A stretch of DNA of 64,000 nt from Octopus vulgaris (Eukaryota), in NCBI GenBank assembly GCA_951406725.2, contig OX597816.1:58652001-58716000 (forward strand), in the 5' to 3' direction. Positions 14,530 through 27,460 of this stretch are shown piece by piece. The notes beneath the pieces were generated by a model. The model worked only from the letters and a program-made list of their open reading frames with translations. It was not told where the DNA came from and searched no databases. Every line of letters begins with the position of its first letter. Positions within the stretch are counted from its first letter, which is position 1. The translations under genes were made by a program, and so were the position numbers.

Positions 14530-14892
14530 AAGGAAAAGAAGGGCCCACAAATTCATAAGCTGTTGGCTTACAGAAGCATAAAGGAGTCCAAATGATAGAC
14601 CAGAGGAAACGAAGATGACTGCAGGGAGTTTCAGAGAGAAGAAGTTCAAGGAAAAGAAGAGCCCACAAATTCATAAGCTGTTGGCTTACAGAAGCATAAA
14701 GGAGTCCAAATGATAGACCAGAGGAAACAAAGATGACTGCAGGGAGTTTCAGAAAGTAGAAGTTCAAGGAAAAGAAGGGCCCACAAATTCATAAGCTGTT
14801 GGCTTACAGAAGCATAAAGGAGTCCAAATGATAGACCAGAGGAAACGAAGATGACTGTGGGGAGTTTCAGAGAGAAGTTCAAGGAAAAGAAG
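14530..14892. repeat. 118-bp tandem repeat, 3 units
   Basis: aaggaaaagaag recurs at 14530, 14648, 14766 and 14881. Confidence 0.95.
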
Positions 14893-16039
14893 TTGTTGGA
14901 ATAAAAGGATTTATGACTAACGGGAAGCTCAATGGAGAAGCAACAGAGCTGGGAAGAGAAGTAGGGGACATGTTTAAAGGTCATGATAAAAGGGGACATG
15001 ATGAGAAGCTTCATCAGAGCAATGTCCATGGAAATGATTCACCTCATGTAATATGGCTGGAGTGTAACAGTTATAGCACGTGAAATAGTTGGTGTGACAC
15101 AGTTCGTCTTGTGTAACATGGTAGGTAAGTTTTTCTCATGTAACATTGTTGGTAATCCTTCTCACATAATACCTTTCATGTGTCCGCCTTTCTGAAAATA
15201 TCCGTAGTACAATAATTCATCTCACGAAATCCTTATCTCTCTCTCCCTCTCTTTCTCTTTCTCTCTCACCCTCTCCCTCTCTCCCTCTCTCTCTCCCTCT
15301 CTCTCTCCCTCTCCCTCTCACCCTCCCTCTCTCTCTCCCCATCTCTCTTACACACACTCACGTTCGAGCATGTACGCATCCAATACTAGATTTATATTTC
15401 GTCGATCTACAAGGAACTCCCCAACAACGACGAAAATTATGAATTTAAATTTCGCTTATGCATTAGATGTTCAATATTCTTGATGTGAAATCGCGTATTG
15501 AAGCAGATGTTTATTGTACTTTGTGACGTCACTTTGCCAGTAACAAGCACAGTTTTGAGTCACCTGGTTAGCTCAATTAGTTGGCTCGTCATAAGAATTT
15601 CGGCGCAGTCTGTGACTTTATCAATGCTGTGCCGTAATCTACTCCTCTTTTGAGTTTGTGATGAAAGAATAGAAGATGAGAGCCCGTCGTCGATAAGATT
15701 GCTGGCTGTGGAATAAGGACGATAAGGGGTCAATTGTTTGATTATACGAGTTATAATAATCAAACAATTGGTAAGTTAGTCTGTTAACAAGTTAAACGAT
15801 GATGATGATAATGATGATGATGATGATGATGATGATGATAATGATGATCATGATCATGATGGTGACGACGACGATGACGATAAAATTTTGAGTTCGAAGC
15901 GGTTCTAGTAATGTAAACATTATTGATGCGATGTACTCCATGTAAGTGTCTTGTTTAAATAACGCAACCTGAAAGGGTTTAAACAAAATATTAAGTATGA
16001 GACATTACTGATAATAATAATGATAATAATAATAATAAT

Positions 16040-17100
16040 AATGAAGAGGGGTAAAAGTGGATGTGGGCTGATTAAAGTACCGGATGAATCAACTGTGAAA
16101 GAAGAAACATGACAGAATATTTGGTAAACAGCAAACAAGACCTGCTACAGTATTCTGCTAGGGCAGAAGAATTTAACAAAAATGGACTTGAGAGTGCTCG
16201 TGAATTGCAATCAAGAACAGCCAGCGAGAGAGAAGAAACCATACTCCACATGGAATTACATGGTCGGTTCCACCATGAAATCAACAAATTAAAAGACTAG
16301 GGAGCATCATGAAGGTGGCTTAACACGCGTGACCTAAAAAAGAATACTGAAAGTCTAATTATCGCTGCTCAAGACCAGGCATTGAATACCAACTCAGTGA
16401 AAAAGAATATATACCACACGAGTGCATCGGATCTCTGCAGAATGTGTGGGAAGAGGGTCGAAAGTGTGACTCATATTGTTAGTGCCTGTGAAAGTGTTGC
16501 ACAGAAAGAGTACAAGCGTAGACACGACAAGGTAGCCCAAAACCTCCACTGGCTACTATGCCGTAAGTATGGATATGAGGTACAGGTGCTTGGTACCAAC
16601 ATACACCGGAAAATGTAATGGACGAAAAGGGGAATGTGAAAATCCTCTAGGGCTTTGACTTTCAGACAGACAAGGTGTTAGAGCTCCGAAGGCCGGGCAT
16701 AGTAACCTTTAAGAGGTTCAAACAAGAATGCCTAATAATTGACGGGGCAGTGCCAGGAGATCAACATATTATCACGAAAGAAAGAGAATAAGTTGATAAA
16801 TATGAAGACTTGAGAATTGAGACCGCTAAGGTGTGGCAGCTACGAGAGTCAAACATAAAGCTTATACCTGTTGTCATCGGAACATTGGGTTCAATACCAC
16901 CCAATCTGAAAAAAAAAAGCATCTGAAAACTCTAAAAATACCCTACAATCTAGGTGTATTGCAAAATTCGGCATTACTTGGAACTGCACGCATATTGCGT
17001 AAAATACTGTCTGTCTGAGGTCCTTGTTGTGACTTGAGAAACAGTACAAACCCCTGGTAGACACAATATCTTCAATCAACAACCTCACGATATTGTATAC
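16040..17100 (+). pseudogene. Decayed 5'-truncated R4/Dong-like element
   Basis: LHGRF, AAQDQAL, CRMCGKRVESVTHIVSAC, YKRRHDKVA and LLGTARILRKILSV, with stops and frameshifts; begins in (TAA)n. Confidence 0.9.
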
Positions 17101-17162
17101 TGTGTATTATTATTAATTGATTTTTGTTAGCCCTTGTGGCCAATAAACGAACGAATTATTAC

Positions 17163-17244
<82 letters not shown>

Positions 17245-17302
17245 TTATTTCTTTACTGCCCACAAGGGGCTACACACAGAGGGGACAAACATAATAATAA
17301 TA

Positions 17303-17359
<57 letters not shown>

Positions 17360-17363
<4 letters not shown>

Positions 17364-18030
17364 TCCTCGTTCCATGAAACGGTATGGCACATCGTAAGCG
17401 ATGAAATGGTATGACACATCGTTAGCGAATGCCCGAAAGTGGCGCAACGCGAATACAAAAGACGCAATGACAATGTAACAAGAATGATCCAATGGGAGCT
17501 CTGTGGAAATCCCGACCTGCAAAGAGTAAAGATGGGGTATGAACAAACCCCAGAAGGAGTCACCGAAAATGAGAATTACAAAATCTTGTGGGATTTAATG
17601 ATCCAGTGCGATCACCTGACCAGACGTAGGAAATCGGACAATGTTTTGGTGAATAAAAAAGAAGGAACATGCATGATAATCGACGTAGCATGCCCCGGTG
17701 ACAACAGGATTAATGTGAAAGAAGAAAAATAAACAACTAAAGCGATTTAAAGTGGGAAATACGAAGGTTGTGGTCAATGAAGAGAGTAAACGTGATACAA
17801 ATAGTAATTGGTGCACTTGGAAGTATCAACAGTCAACTTCCAGCATGGCCGAAAAAGATCGGTGCAAGTGTGAAGGTAAAACACCTACAAAAATCAACAT
17901 TGCTTGGAACTGAAAGAATTCTTCTCAGGGTTCTTGAAGAATGACCAATAAAACAAGCATCACCTTAGCCTGCTGGCTGTGGACAGCTGACACTTTCCAT
18001 CATACCCAGCAAAATAAGCTGAGTGTTTTC

Positions 18031-18032
<2 letters not shown>
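17360..18032 (+). pseudogene. Decayed 5'-truncated R4/Dong-like element
   Basis: AQREYKRRND...ILWDLMIQCD...IIDVACP; (TAA)n on both sides. Confidence 0.9.
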
Positions 18033-18097
<65 letters not shown>

Positions 18098-18101
<4 letters not shown>

Positions 18102-18872
18102 GCCCTGATGCAATACCAGGCAGTGGCTCTCGTGGCTTCTGATCTTAACTGATTGGAAGTGTTACCATGTACATTGTTATGTCTTGGTATAAAAGATGGG
18201 CTACAGCAAATACTCTGCCCAATACCACAGATTTGCTTGTCAGTTGTTTTACCGTAACCAGTTGAGCATGCCCCTTAGTGGCTGACCATATGTGCATCTC
18301 TGATCACGAGCAGAAGTAGTGGGGGAGCATCATAGCCATATGTTGAGAGGGATTCTTTGGGGTTTCGATAAATCACCTCTGAAAGATAGGTGTTTCGCTT
18401 AACATCCTTAAACAACCCTTATTCAGGGACCTTTTGAGTGAGATGGGCTATTCGACTTCAAAAAAATTCTAACAAGGCCCCAACTACAAGGTCATGCGCT
18501 ATTTATCTTGATATGAGATGACCATGTCGCGCACATATGTTTGTGATGCATGTGCCTGGTGTACCTTTATCAAAGAGGTAGTCATGTCCCTTAGTGGCAG
18601 ACGACATGTGCATCTCTGATCACAAACAGAAGTAGTGGGGGAGCATAATAACCGTGTGTTGAAAGGAACACTTGAAGGCTTGCATAATTCACCTTTGGAA
18701 ACATGGGTGGTTCGTTCAACATCCTTAAACAATCCTTACTCAGGGACCTTTTGAGCGGAATGGGCTACTCGACCAGAAGAAAATTCTAACTTAGCCCCAC
18801 CTGCAAGGTCATGTGCTGTTTATCTTGATACGAGATCACCCTGTCGCGCACATATATTTGTGATGCATGTGC
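18098..18872 (+). mobile_element. Family X element copy 3 with ~310-bp internal duplication
   Basis: Reverse complement of the other copies; the segment cccttagtggc...gatgcatgtgc occurs twice. Confidence 0.85.
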
Positions 18873-19294
18873 TCACAATTGACGATGCACATCAAACGGG
18901 AACGAAATAGCGTCGGACTTTATTTACCCAGAAGTATGTGAACAATCTCCCTAGCAATATTTGTTCTTACACCGAATCTTACTATTTTCGTCATCATAAA
19001 TAGAATAAACCAGTGATTAGGCAATTAGACACCTGTTACCAACGACGTCACTGATCACTCTTTGAGATAGAAAGAGAAATTAAAAAGTAAATCATTGTTT
19101 GAAATTATTAATTTGAAGTGTAGCTGTTTTAAACGAGACTTGATCCGGCGTTGCGTCTTCCGTTTGCTGACCGTAAAGCAATCCTAGATCCACACAGTCA
19201 TACTAACGACCTACAGTCATGAGTAGGCAGGACTATACTACGGTACCTACGGACGTTGCTTTCTCTGCAGCATTCTGTAAAACCTGTCGCTGTA

Positions 19295-20265
19295 ATGGCG
19301 GCGGCGGTTGTGGTGGTGGTAGATGTGGTGGTAGTGGTGATGGTAGTAGAGGTGGTGGTAGTGGTGGTGGTGGAGATAATAGTGGTGGTGGTGGTAGTGG
19401 TAGTGATGGTGGTGGCGGTAGTGATGGTTGTGGTGGTAGTAGTGGTGGTGGTGATAGTTAAGGTGGTATCGGTAGTGGTGGTGGTGGTGGTGGTGGTAGT
19501 AGTGATGGCGGTGATGGTGGTGATAGTAGTAGTGGTGGGGGTGAAAGTGGTGGTGGTGGTGGTGGCGGTAGTAGTGGTGGTGGTAGTAGTAGAGGTGATG
19601 GTGATGGCGAGGGTGGTGGTGGTTTTAGTAGTGGTGGTGGTGGTGGTGACAATGGAACTGGAGTTGAAGGTGGTAACGGTGAAGGTGCAGATATTGATGG
19701 TGGTGGCAGTGGCAGTGATGATGGTGGTCATGGTGGCGGCGGTGGTGGTGGAAATAGTGGTGGTGGTCAGTGGTGGTGGTGGTGGTGTATATATATTGGT
19801 GGCAGAAGTAACGGTGGAGGTGGTAATATTGATGGTGGTGGTGTATATATATTGGAGCCAGTGGTATGTGGTTAAAGTGGTGTTGGTGGTAGTGTTTCCT
19901 GGTGGTGGCAATGGTAGTAGTAGCAGCGGTAGAGGTGGTGGTGATATTGGTGCACGTACAGCTGTTGATGAGGACGGCGGTGGCGGTGGTGGTGGTGGTG
20001 GTTGTGGTGGTGGTCGTGATGGTGGTGTTGGTGGTGGTGGTGGTGGTGGTGGAGGTAGTGACGGAGGTGGTGGTAATGGTGGTGGTGGTGGTGACGGTGG
20101 TGATGGTGGTGGTGGTGGTCGTCGTCGTGATGGTGGTGGAGGTAGTGGTGGTGGTGGTGGAGGTAGTGGTGGCGGTGGTGGAGGTAGTGGCGGAGGTGGT
20201 GGTAATGGTGGTGGTGGTGGCACTGGTTGTGGTGGTGGCAGTGGTGTTGGCAGTGGTGGTGGTGT
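19295..20265. repeat. (GGT/GTG)n low-complexity tract
   Basis: Degenerate GGT repeats that produce poly-G/V/T/P ORFs. Confidence 0.9.
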
Positions 20266-20729
20266 GTATAGTGATGTGGCTTTTTTTTAAGTTATATTTG
20301 CGGTGTTTGTGATGGTAGTGGATATGTTGATGATGGTGACGAGTGACAAGGAAGAAAAACAAAAAAAAAAAACCATAAAACTAAGACAAAAAAAAGGAAA
20401 TTATTTTTATAAGCTTACCGTAAAAAAAAAAAAGGCTGTAGATCTGTCATGAGTTAAGGTTGTCAGTTGAGGGAACACGATATAACAGACACACGTGTAA
20501 AGACGAATACACTCACTCACTCTCACGCACACGCAACTACGTACTTGGGCGAATTCGCAGACATTTTACATCTTCACGCACACACATGCATAACGTCCAT
20601 GAGTAAATATATAAAAACAATATTACAAGTGTCAATTGGAAATGAAGGTTTTATGACACTGTTTTTTTAACAGGGTTCCGTCCTAGCAGAGCGCATCGCT
20701 CCTTTATTTATTATATCTCCTTCTTACCG

Positions 20730-20795
<66 letters not shown>

Positions 20796-20796
<1 letters not shown>

Positions 20797-21190
20797 GTGT
20801 GGTAAGTAGCTTGCTAACCAACCAAATGGTTCCGGGTTCAGTCCCACTGCGTGGCATCTTGGGCAAGTGTCTTCTGCTATAGCCCCGGGCCGACCAATGC
20901 CTTGTGAGTGGATTTGGTTGACAGAAACTGAAAGAAGCTTGTCGTATATATGTATATATATGTATGTGTGTGTGTGTTTGTGTGTCTATATTTGTCCCCC
21001 TAGCATTGCTTGACAACCGATGCTGGTGTGTTTACGTCCCCGTAACTTAGCGGTTCGGCAAAAGAGACCGATAGAATAAGTACTGGGCTTACAAAGAATA
21101 AGTCCCGGGGTCGATTTGCTCGACTAAAGGCGGTGCTCCAGCATGGTCGCAGTCAAATGACTGAAACAAGTAAAAGAGTAAAAGAGAGAG
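20796..21190 (+). mobile_element. SINE family A copy between (TTA)n tracts
   Basis: Near-identical to 175-740 without the interruption. Confidence 0.9.
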
Positions 21191-21256
<66 letters not shown>

Positions 21257-21813
21257 GAGTGAGAGAACAGTTCATGCCATCAAAGTGACACTGGGGTAAA
21301 ATATGCGAAGCCCAATATACCCATCATGACTACCCGTCTGATAAAGGTACACCAGGCACATGCATCACAACCATATGTGCGCAACATGGTGATCTCATAT
21401 CAAAATAAACAGCACATGACCTTGCAGGTGGGGCCCAGTTAGAATTTTCTTCAGGTTGAGTAGCCCATCCTGCTCAAAAGGTCCCTGAATAAGGGTTGCT
21501 TTAGGATGTTGAACGAAACACCTATGTTTCCAGAGGTGAACCATTCAAACTCCAAAGAATCCCTCTCAACACATGGCCATGATGCTCCCCCACTACTTCT
21601 GCTCGTGATCAGTGATGCACGTATTGTCAGCCACTAAGGGACATGCTCAACTGGTTAAGGTCAAACAACTGACAAGCAAATCTGTGGTATTGAGCAGAAT
21701 ATTTGCTGTAGCCCATCTTTTATACCAAGACAAAACAATGTACATGATAACACTTCCAATCAGTTAAGATCAGAAGCCATGAGAGCCACTGCCTGGTACT
21801 GCATCAGGGCATT
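21257..21813 (-). mobile_element. Family X element, apparently full-length copy
   Basis: gagtgagagaacag...gcatcagggcattt, with (TTA)n on both sides. Confidence 0.85.
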
Positions 21814-21815
21814 TA

Positions 21816-21848
<33 letters not shown>

Positions 21849-21861
21849 GTTGTTGTTGTTA

Positions 21862-21936
<75 letters not shown>

Positions 21937-21937
<1 letters not shown>

Positions 21938-22115
21938 GGCAGCGAGCTTAGGAGAATCGATAGTAAGCTGAACGAAATGCTTAGCAGTATTTCGTCTGCC
22001 GCTACGTTCTGAGTTCAAATTGATAAATTAAGTACCAGTTGCGTACTAGGGTCGATCTAATCGACTGGTCACCCTCTCCCAAAGCTTCAGACCTTGTGCC
22101 TATAGTAGAAAGGAT
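21937..22115 (+). mobile_element. SINE family B copy with internal deletion
   Basis: Head and tail present; part of the core is missing. Confidence 0.75.
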
Positions 22116-22119
22116 TATT

Positions 22120-24093
22120 TTCTTTTACTTTTAATCTGTTTATTTCTTACAGCCACTTGCCGAGACACACCCAGCGTCTCGGGGCGAGTGAAATATAAGA
22201 GATGTTATAATATGACTGAAAGCTTAGGGAGGGGAGGTAGTGAAATATCTTCATGTAATACAACACAGGCATTTAAACTAATAGGGTCTTTCTAAGGATG
22301 TGGGCAGTACTTGTCAGCATAATCTTTTGGATTTCTCTGAGACATGGTTCTCATGGGATATTATCTAGATGTTTCTGACATCCCTTTTCTTTTATCATAC
22401 CTAGGGCACTTGCAACAACAGGAACAATTCTCGTTTTAAGATGCCACATCTTTTCGATTTCAATTTCCAGGTCCTTATATAATTTACTTGGTTTCTCAAA
22501 TTCCTTGACAGATATATTTTTATCAATGGGAATACTTACATCTATTAGTGTACAAGTATTTTCTTCGTCGTCTTTAATAATTATGTATGGTCCATTAGCC
22601 TGGATCGTTCTGTCAGTGTTGCCTGGAAAATCTCAGAGGAGAGTGACATTTTCACCTTCAACGATTAACTCAGGATAATGTTCATACCAGTAAGGAGTGC
22701 TGATTTTGTAGCATTTATATATTTTCCAATGTAAATACTGTCCTACCCTATCGTGGCGATTTTTATATTCGTTTGGTGTCAGCACAGGCCATCCTGAGAC
22801 GAGATGGTTTATTGTTTCGTCAAATGTGTCGCAGAATCTGCATTCAGAAGATTTTGAAGAACGTTAGCCTGGTAGTTTTTTGTAAGCAAGCTTTGATCTC
22901 GTGCCGCCAATATGAAACCTTCAGTGTCTGCTTTCAGTCCTGAACTTCTTAGCCACTAATGGGTTGTCGTTTGATCTACATCAGCATTTCGACTTCGAAG
23001 TGTATACTTTCCATGCAGAAGCTTCTGGCTCCATCGCTCCTCAATTTGTTTCTGCCTGTTCTTTTTTGCAGTCTGCTTGATCCGTTTTGCTTGTTTTGTG
23101 GCAGTGGTTTCAGGTTCTTCAGCTATTTCAGGATTAATGCCAACTTCCCTTGTGAATTTGCAAGCTTCCTTGACAATCAAATGTGATGATTTTTTTGCTG
23201 CTTTCGTGTTTCCACACAAGTCACAGGCCCCGGTCCTCTGTACTAAATAAGTACCTGTTCATTGCTATTGTGGAGGTCTTATAGCAAAGTTCTACCTGCA
23301 TCATTCCTCTTCTCCCATTACTTCTAGGTAGATACAAATGATGAACATCTGCTTTTGGGTGGGCCATGTTCTTAGAAGTTAGTATTTTTCTTGTTTTCCT
23401 GTCCAGGCACTGTAGCTCCGTAAGATTCCAGTTAATGATGTTAAAACTATATTGGACTACAAGAAATGCCAGGATGTTAATGGCTTCTATGCGATTTTTG
23501 GAGTTATGTTCAGTTTTTAGTATGAGTCTTATTCTCCTCTAATATTCCTTTCTTATTTTTTCTTTCATAGTAGCATGTTGTATACCCTCTCCTTCGTTTA
23601 TCCCCAGGTATTTCTAATTTTCTTGTGGGTCAAGCTCCTTGATGATAGTGTCATTATCTAATTTAATGGAGCTTGCCTCTTACAAAAGTTGCTTTAGCAC
23701 ACTTATCAAGGCCAAAGTCCTTCTCGATGTCATTGCTGAACGCTTTGACTGTTGTTAGCAACCCTTCTAGTTCTTCGTCATTTCTAGCAAACAGCTTCAG
23801 ATCGTCCACATAAAACAGATGGTTTATTGTCGTATTGTAAACCTTGAACCCATACCTGGCGTTATTTACTTCGTTTGAGAGTGGGATCAGTGCCATGCAA
23901 AAGAGTAAGGGGGAGATGGAGTCACCTTGAAAAATGCCTCGCTTGATGTTGATGTTGTTAGTTTGACGCATCCCATTACTATAGTTTAGAAGGAGACTTA
24001 GCCATGCTACCTTGTAAGAATTTGGAATTGACAGGAGAGATATTATATACTTCAAGGACCTTGAGTATCCAATTATGTGGGCCACTATCAAAC
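22120..24093 (-). pseudogene. 5'-truncated, decayed relative of the near full-length Dong element at 53.7-58.3 kb
   Basis: RGIFQGDSISPLLFCMAL, NHLFYVDDLKLF and PETTATKQAKRIKQTAKK match ORF 53875-56979 closely; frameshifts and stops; the 5' edge runs into (TAA)n. Confidence 0.92.
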
Positions 24094-24176
<83 letters not shown>

Positions 24177-24316
24177 GATTACTATTATTACAATTATTAT
24201 TATTATTATTATTATTATCATTATTATTATTATTATCATTATTATTATTATTATTATTATTATCATCATTATTATTATTATCATTATCATCATCATTATT
24301 ATTATTATTATTATTA

Positions 24317-24377
<61 letters not shown>

Positions 24378-24653
24378 TAAGGCGGCGAGCTGGCAGAATT
24401 GTTAGCACGCTGAACGAAATGCTTAGCGGTGTTTCGCCCGTCGCTACGTTCTGAGTTCAAATTCTACCGAGGTCGACTTTACCTTTCATCCTTTCGGGGT
24501 CGATAAAATAAGTAGCAGTTGAACCCTGGTTACTTATTTTATCGACCTCGAAAACGTGAAAGGTAAAGTTGACACTGGGGTCGACGTAATCGACTTATCC
24601 CCCACCACAAAACATACAAAACAAATTGCTGCCCTTGTGGAAAAATTTGATAC

Positions 24654-24655
<2 letters not shown>
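24378..24655 (+). mobile_element. SINE family B copy with an internal fold-back
   Basis: Core 24472-24515 is repeated in inverted orientation at 24531-24573. Confidence 0.8.
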
Positions 24656-24732
<77 letters not shown>

Positions 24733-24735
<3 letters not shown>

Positions 24736-25577
24736 TAGTTTTATTTTTATAACTTCACTACCGAGCGCAGCTCTGTGTGCCTTGGGTATGTGCTGTGATT
24801 TGTTGTGATGCTCCGATGGTTACTGTATTGAAAGTGTTCTGCGTAGGATGTGTGCAGTGCCTAGTAGTGCAATTTTCTGTATGTTATATGTGTTTGTAAG
24901 TCCTGGTGTTTTTGTTATGTATTTGTCTGAATATTTTTTTATCATGCCTAATGCACCTACTATGATAGGAATTGTTTCTGTTTTTAGATTCCACATTCTA
25001 GTTACCTCTATTTCAGATCTTTGTATTTTGAAAGTTTCTCCATTTCTTTTAGAGACACGTTGTCATCTACTGGTATTGATACATCAATTAGAAAGCATTT
25101 TTTTCTTCATGATCTCTGACAACTATATCTGGTCTGTTGGCCTTAATTTCTCTATCTGTGTGTATCGGCATATCCCAGAGTATGGTTGCTTTCTCGTTTT
25201 CTGTGACCTTTTCTGGTGAGTGCCTATACCATCTTTTTTCTGTTGTTATTCCATAATGTTGGCATAGCTTCCAATGTATGTAGGTTCCAACTCTGTCATG
25301 TCTGTGAATATATTCCTTCTTAGCCAGGACTGGGCAGCTAGAGATAATATGATTTATTGTTTCTTGTCCATCTCCACATATTCTGCAGTTACTTGTTATA
25401 TTTCTTTTCATGACATGTTTTTGGTAATTTCTGGTGGGGAGGCTTTGGTCTTGTGATGCAATTAAAAATCCCTCTGTCTCTGCTTTGAGTTCTGAGCTTC
25501 TCAACCATTGCTGGGATTTTTCTTTGTCTATTTCTTTTGCATTTAGTTTAGTCCAGTATTTGCCATGAAGGGGCTTT
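24733..25577 (-). pseudogene. 5'-truncated R4/Dong-like element (subfamily B)
   Basis: LKAETEGFLIASQDQSLPTRNY, CRICGDGQETINHIISSC, HRHDRVG, RPDIVV; nearly the same sequence as 58426-58940. Confidence 0.92.
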
Positions 25578-25619
25578 TATTCTTATTCTTATTCTTATTC
25601 TTTTTTTTTTTTACAACTC

Positions 25620-26537
25620 AACCCAGCAACCCAAGATTTCTATAGGGGGCTAGTTGAGGGTATGAGTGATGATGGCCTAGGATTGAATCTAGGCATCGAC
25701 GAGAACAGTTTCAGTAGGCTCTTCCAGAGGTCCTTCGGGTCGAAGGCTTTGGACAATTTACAAAAGTATTTGGTTTGGCAGAGCTACAGAGGGGCATTGC
25801 CCGTTCGAAACAAAGGCATGGAAGTGTCAACAGCCGAACCTGCCCGAGATGCTTGCAGGGGGACAAAACCGTCCTGCATGCAATAATTCAGTGTCCGTAC
25901 ATTAGAGAGTTTCAGGATCGTATGTAGCAGATGTCGTCGAATGTAAGACGATTTCAGCTGTCTGCTGTGTGTAGATTAAAGATCGACGCAGCACCTTCTC
26001 TGCTAAGGGAGGTATTTTTATGCTTAATGGCTGTGGTTAGAGACTGTGTGGTGGACCCGTCTGAAAGATTTGAAAACCGGCACTTTCCTATCTGGTCAAG
26101 CCCTCGTCATTTTTTCCAAATATCATTTGAAGAGGAAGATAAAGGTAGAGAGGGGGTTGCAGCCTTCTAGTGTGTTTATCAAAAGGTGGTCGACAGTGGC
26201 AAGACTGGTGAGATTGAATGGATATACTCTGAATATGCTTTTCTAAACAGGACGAAAGAACCTGGAAGAGGGCACTTTCCCATGCCTTGGGGATGGCAGA
26301 GTAATCCGGTATTTTTGTGCGGGGTTTACCCTGGACTACTCTAAGTGGATTCCTCCGCTTTTGGGGATTCTACTTATTTATTTCTCTTATGTATCCTCTT
26401 TCATATCCTTTAATGTGTATCTCCTCTTGATTGATATTAACTTCACATGTTTTTGTTTTTGTAACATTTTTTGTGCTGTAACTCGTCCTTCCATATTGTG
26501 CTCCATGTCTTGGGCCTCGTCTCCAATAAAATAAATC
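25620..26537 (+). pseudogene. L1/Tx1-clade LINE ORF2 3' fragment with 3' UTR
   Basis: LVWQSYRGALPVR, then TCPRCLQGDKTVLHAIIQCP (zf-RVT-type CCHC) and WWTR...LKRKIKVER...FIKRW; aataaaataaa at ~26525. Confidence 0.7.
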
Positions 26538-26609
26538 ATTGATAACTTCCAGAAATTCCTGGCCTAACAGTGCTACCGGGAGGGGCGGGGCGCTGCCGGG
26601 TCGAGATAA

Positions 26610-26911
26610 GCTGAATAAGGATTGTTTAAGGATGTTGAACGAAACGCATATGTTTCCAGAGGTGAAATATTCAAACCCAAAAGAATCCCTCTCAACACAT
26701 GGCTATGATGCTCCCCTACTACTTCTGTTTGTGATCAGAGATGCACTTATCGTCAGCCACTAAGGGACATGCTCAACTGGTTAAGATCAAACAACTGACA
26801 AGCAAATCTGTGGTATTGAGCAGAATATCTGCTGCAGCCCATCTTTTATACCAAGACAAAACAATATACATGATTACACTTCCAATCAGTTAAGATCAGC
26901 AGCCATGAGAG

Positions 26912-26912
<1 letters not shown>
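26610..26912 (-). mobile_element. Family X element, partial copy 5
   Basis: ctgaataaggattgtttaaggatgttg...gccatgagagc, then (ATT)n. Confidence 0.85.
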
Positions 26913-26971
<59 letters not shown>

Positions 26972-26974
26972 TAC

Positions 26975-27010
<36 letters not shown>

Positions 27011-27059
27011 GATTATGATTATCATTATTATCATTATTATCATTATTATTATTATTATT

Positions 27060-27460
27060 AGGGCGGTAAAAGGCGAACTGGCAGAATACTTAGAATGCTT
27101 AGCGGCATTTCGTCCGTCTTTACATTCTGGGGTCAAATTCGGCCGAGGTCGACTTTGCCTTTCATCCTTTCGGGGTCGATAAATTAAGTACCAGTGGATC
27201 ACTGGGGTCGATGTCATCCACTGGTCCCCTCCCCACCCCGCCCCAAATTTTTAGGCCTTGTGCCTTTAGTAGAAAGGATTACTTGGGTGGTAATGTAGCA
27301 GGGTTGTTAGCAAGTCCGGACAAATGCTTACCAGCATTTCTTGCGGATTTACGTTCTGAGTTCAAATTCAGCTGAGGTCGATGAAATAAGTACCAGCTGA
27401 GCATCACTGGGGTGGAGGCAATCAACTAGTCTCTCCCCCAACATTTTGTGTCTATAATAA
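27060..27460 (+). mobile_element. Two tandem SINE family B copies (second degenerate)
   Basis: Head, core and tail at 27060-27280; weaker copy at 27285-27460. Confidence 0.75.

Noticed and set aside
19198-20362. Long Pro/Thr/Gly/Val-rich ORFs, including MSRQDYTT...GGG (19219-19461)
   Set aside because: Open in several frames on both strands because of (GGT)n; no domain or splice evidence.
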